NCBI RefSeq assembly: GCF_006345805.1
Contig: NC_043002.1
Span: 2,294,001 to 2,358,000, forward strand
DNA length: 64,000 nucleotides
Direction of reading: 5' to 3'
From: Octopus sinensis
Lineage: Eukaryota
The notes under the pieces are model-generated. The model was not told the origin of the DNA. It did no database searches and saw nothing but the letters and a program-made list of their open reading frames with translations. A program made the position numbers and the translations under genes. This document shows positions 63,353-64,000 of the stretch, one piece after another (the first letter of the stretch is position 1; the number at the start of each line of letters is the position of its first letter).

Positions 63353-63952
63353 GATATACCATTCTGTCTTCCCTCAACACTGTAGTATATTATTCCTGCT
63401 CAATCATCATTCAAATCTCATTCATCATTCATCAGTTCAAAAATGGAACTGGTAACTTCCACAACTCTTTACCATGGATTATCTTCGAGCATTCTCATTT
63501 GCCTCTGATAATGGACCTTACCTATAACTTCATTATTCTTTAATCATGGAACTGCGTAACATCTATTTTACTCTGATCCTTCCTTCATTTTTTTTTTTGC
63601 AACTTGAAATATACCAATAACTTCGATTGAGCATATTTCTTCATTTTTACTTTTCTCTGACTCCCCCCCCCCTCTGATGACGAACTTATGAAATCTTTAC
63701 TCAATATCATGAACCACATGCTTAGCTATTCTAGCAGAAGGAGACTCTAGATATTTATATTGTCTCGATTAATTGTTTCTTTGCGTTTTCACTTCTTATT
63801 TTAATCTCCATCCACCCGCTCAAGGAGAAACCACTTCTAGTCGTCTCTACAAGTTGCAGTTCAAACCGAGTTTCAGTTGTAACCAAGCATAGAACATACC
63901 GAATACATCATGCCAGTTGACGAAAACTCCTTATATATTCTATATATATATA

Positions 63953-63997
<45 letters not shown>

Positions 63998-64000
63998 TCT

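Noticed and set aside
63674-63700. CUGAUGA..GAAAU
   Set aside because: Intervening sequence cannot form stem II.

Overview
AT-rich, microsatellite-dense animal genomic DNA. The SINE repertoire and (TA)n/(CA)n density suggest a cephalopod, probably Octopus (inference from recognition, not from a search). I found no confidently supported host protein-coding exon; almost all listed ORFs are microsatellite read-throughs or transposon remnants. The window holds at least four tRNA-derived SINE families, decayed LINEs (CR1-type, RTE, R4/Dong-type with REL endonuclease), one decayed Penelope-like element (RT + GIY-YIG), Tc1/mariner remnants, two Helitrons, a hAT-type MITE and a possible piggyBac remnant. 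The most notable signal, not explained by the ORF track, is about 15 type I hammerhead-ribozyme (HHR) motifs (intact, variant or decayed) in several unrelated sequence families. Each points, 3' of its cleavage site, toward a (TA)n-type tract roughly 50-250 nt away. They include a tandem ~476-nt non-coding unit bounded by two HHRs (retrozyme/circRNA candidate), a GUC-cleaving HHR with a long stem II, loop-less palindromic stem III forms, and a recurring U-[stem II]-U variant. Several (TA)n-embedded inserts end in inverted duplications, as Penelope pseudo-LTRs do. All structures were folded by eye. Element boundaries are approximate (about +/-20 bp) unless a TSD is given.
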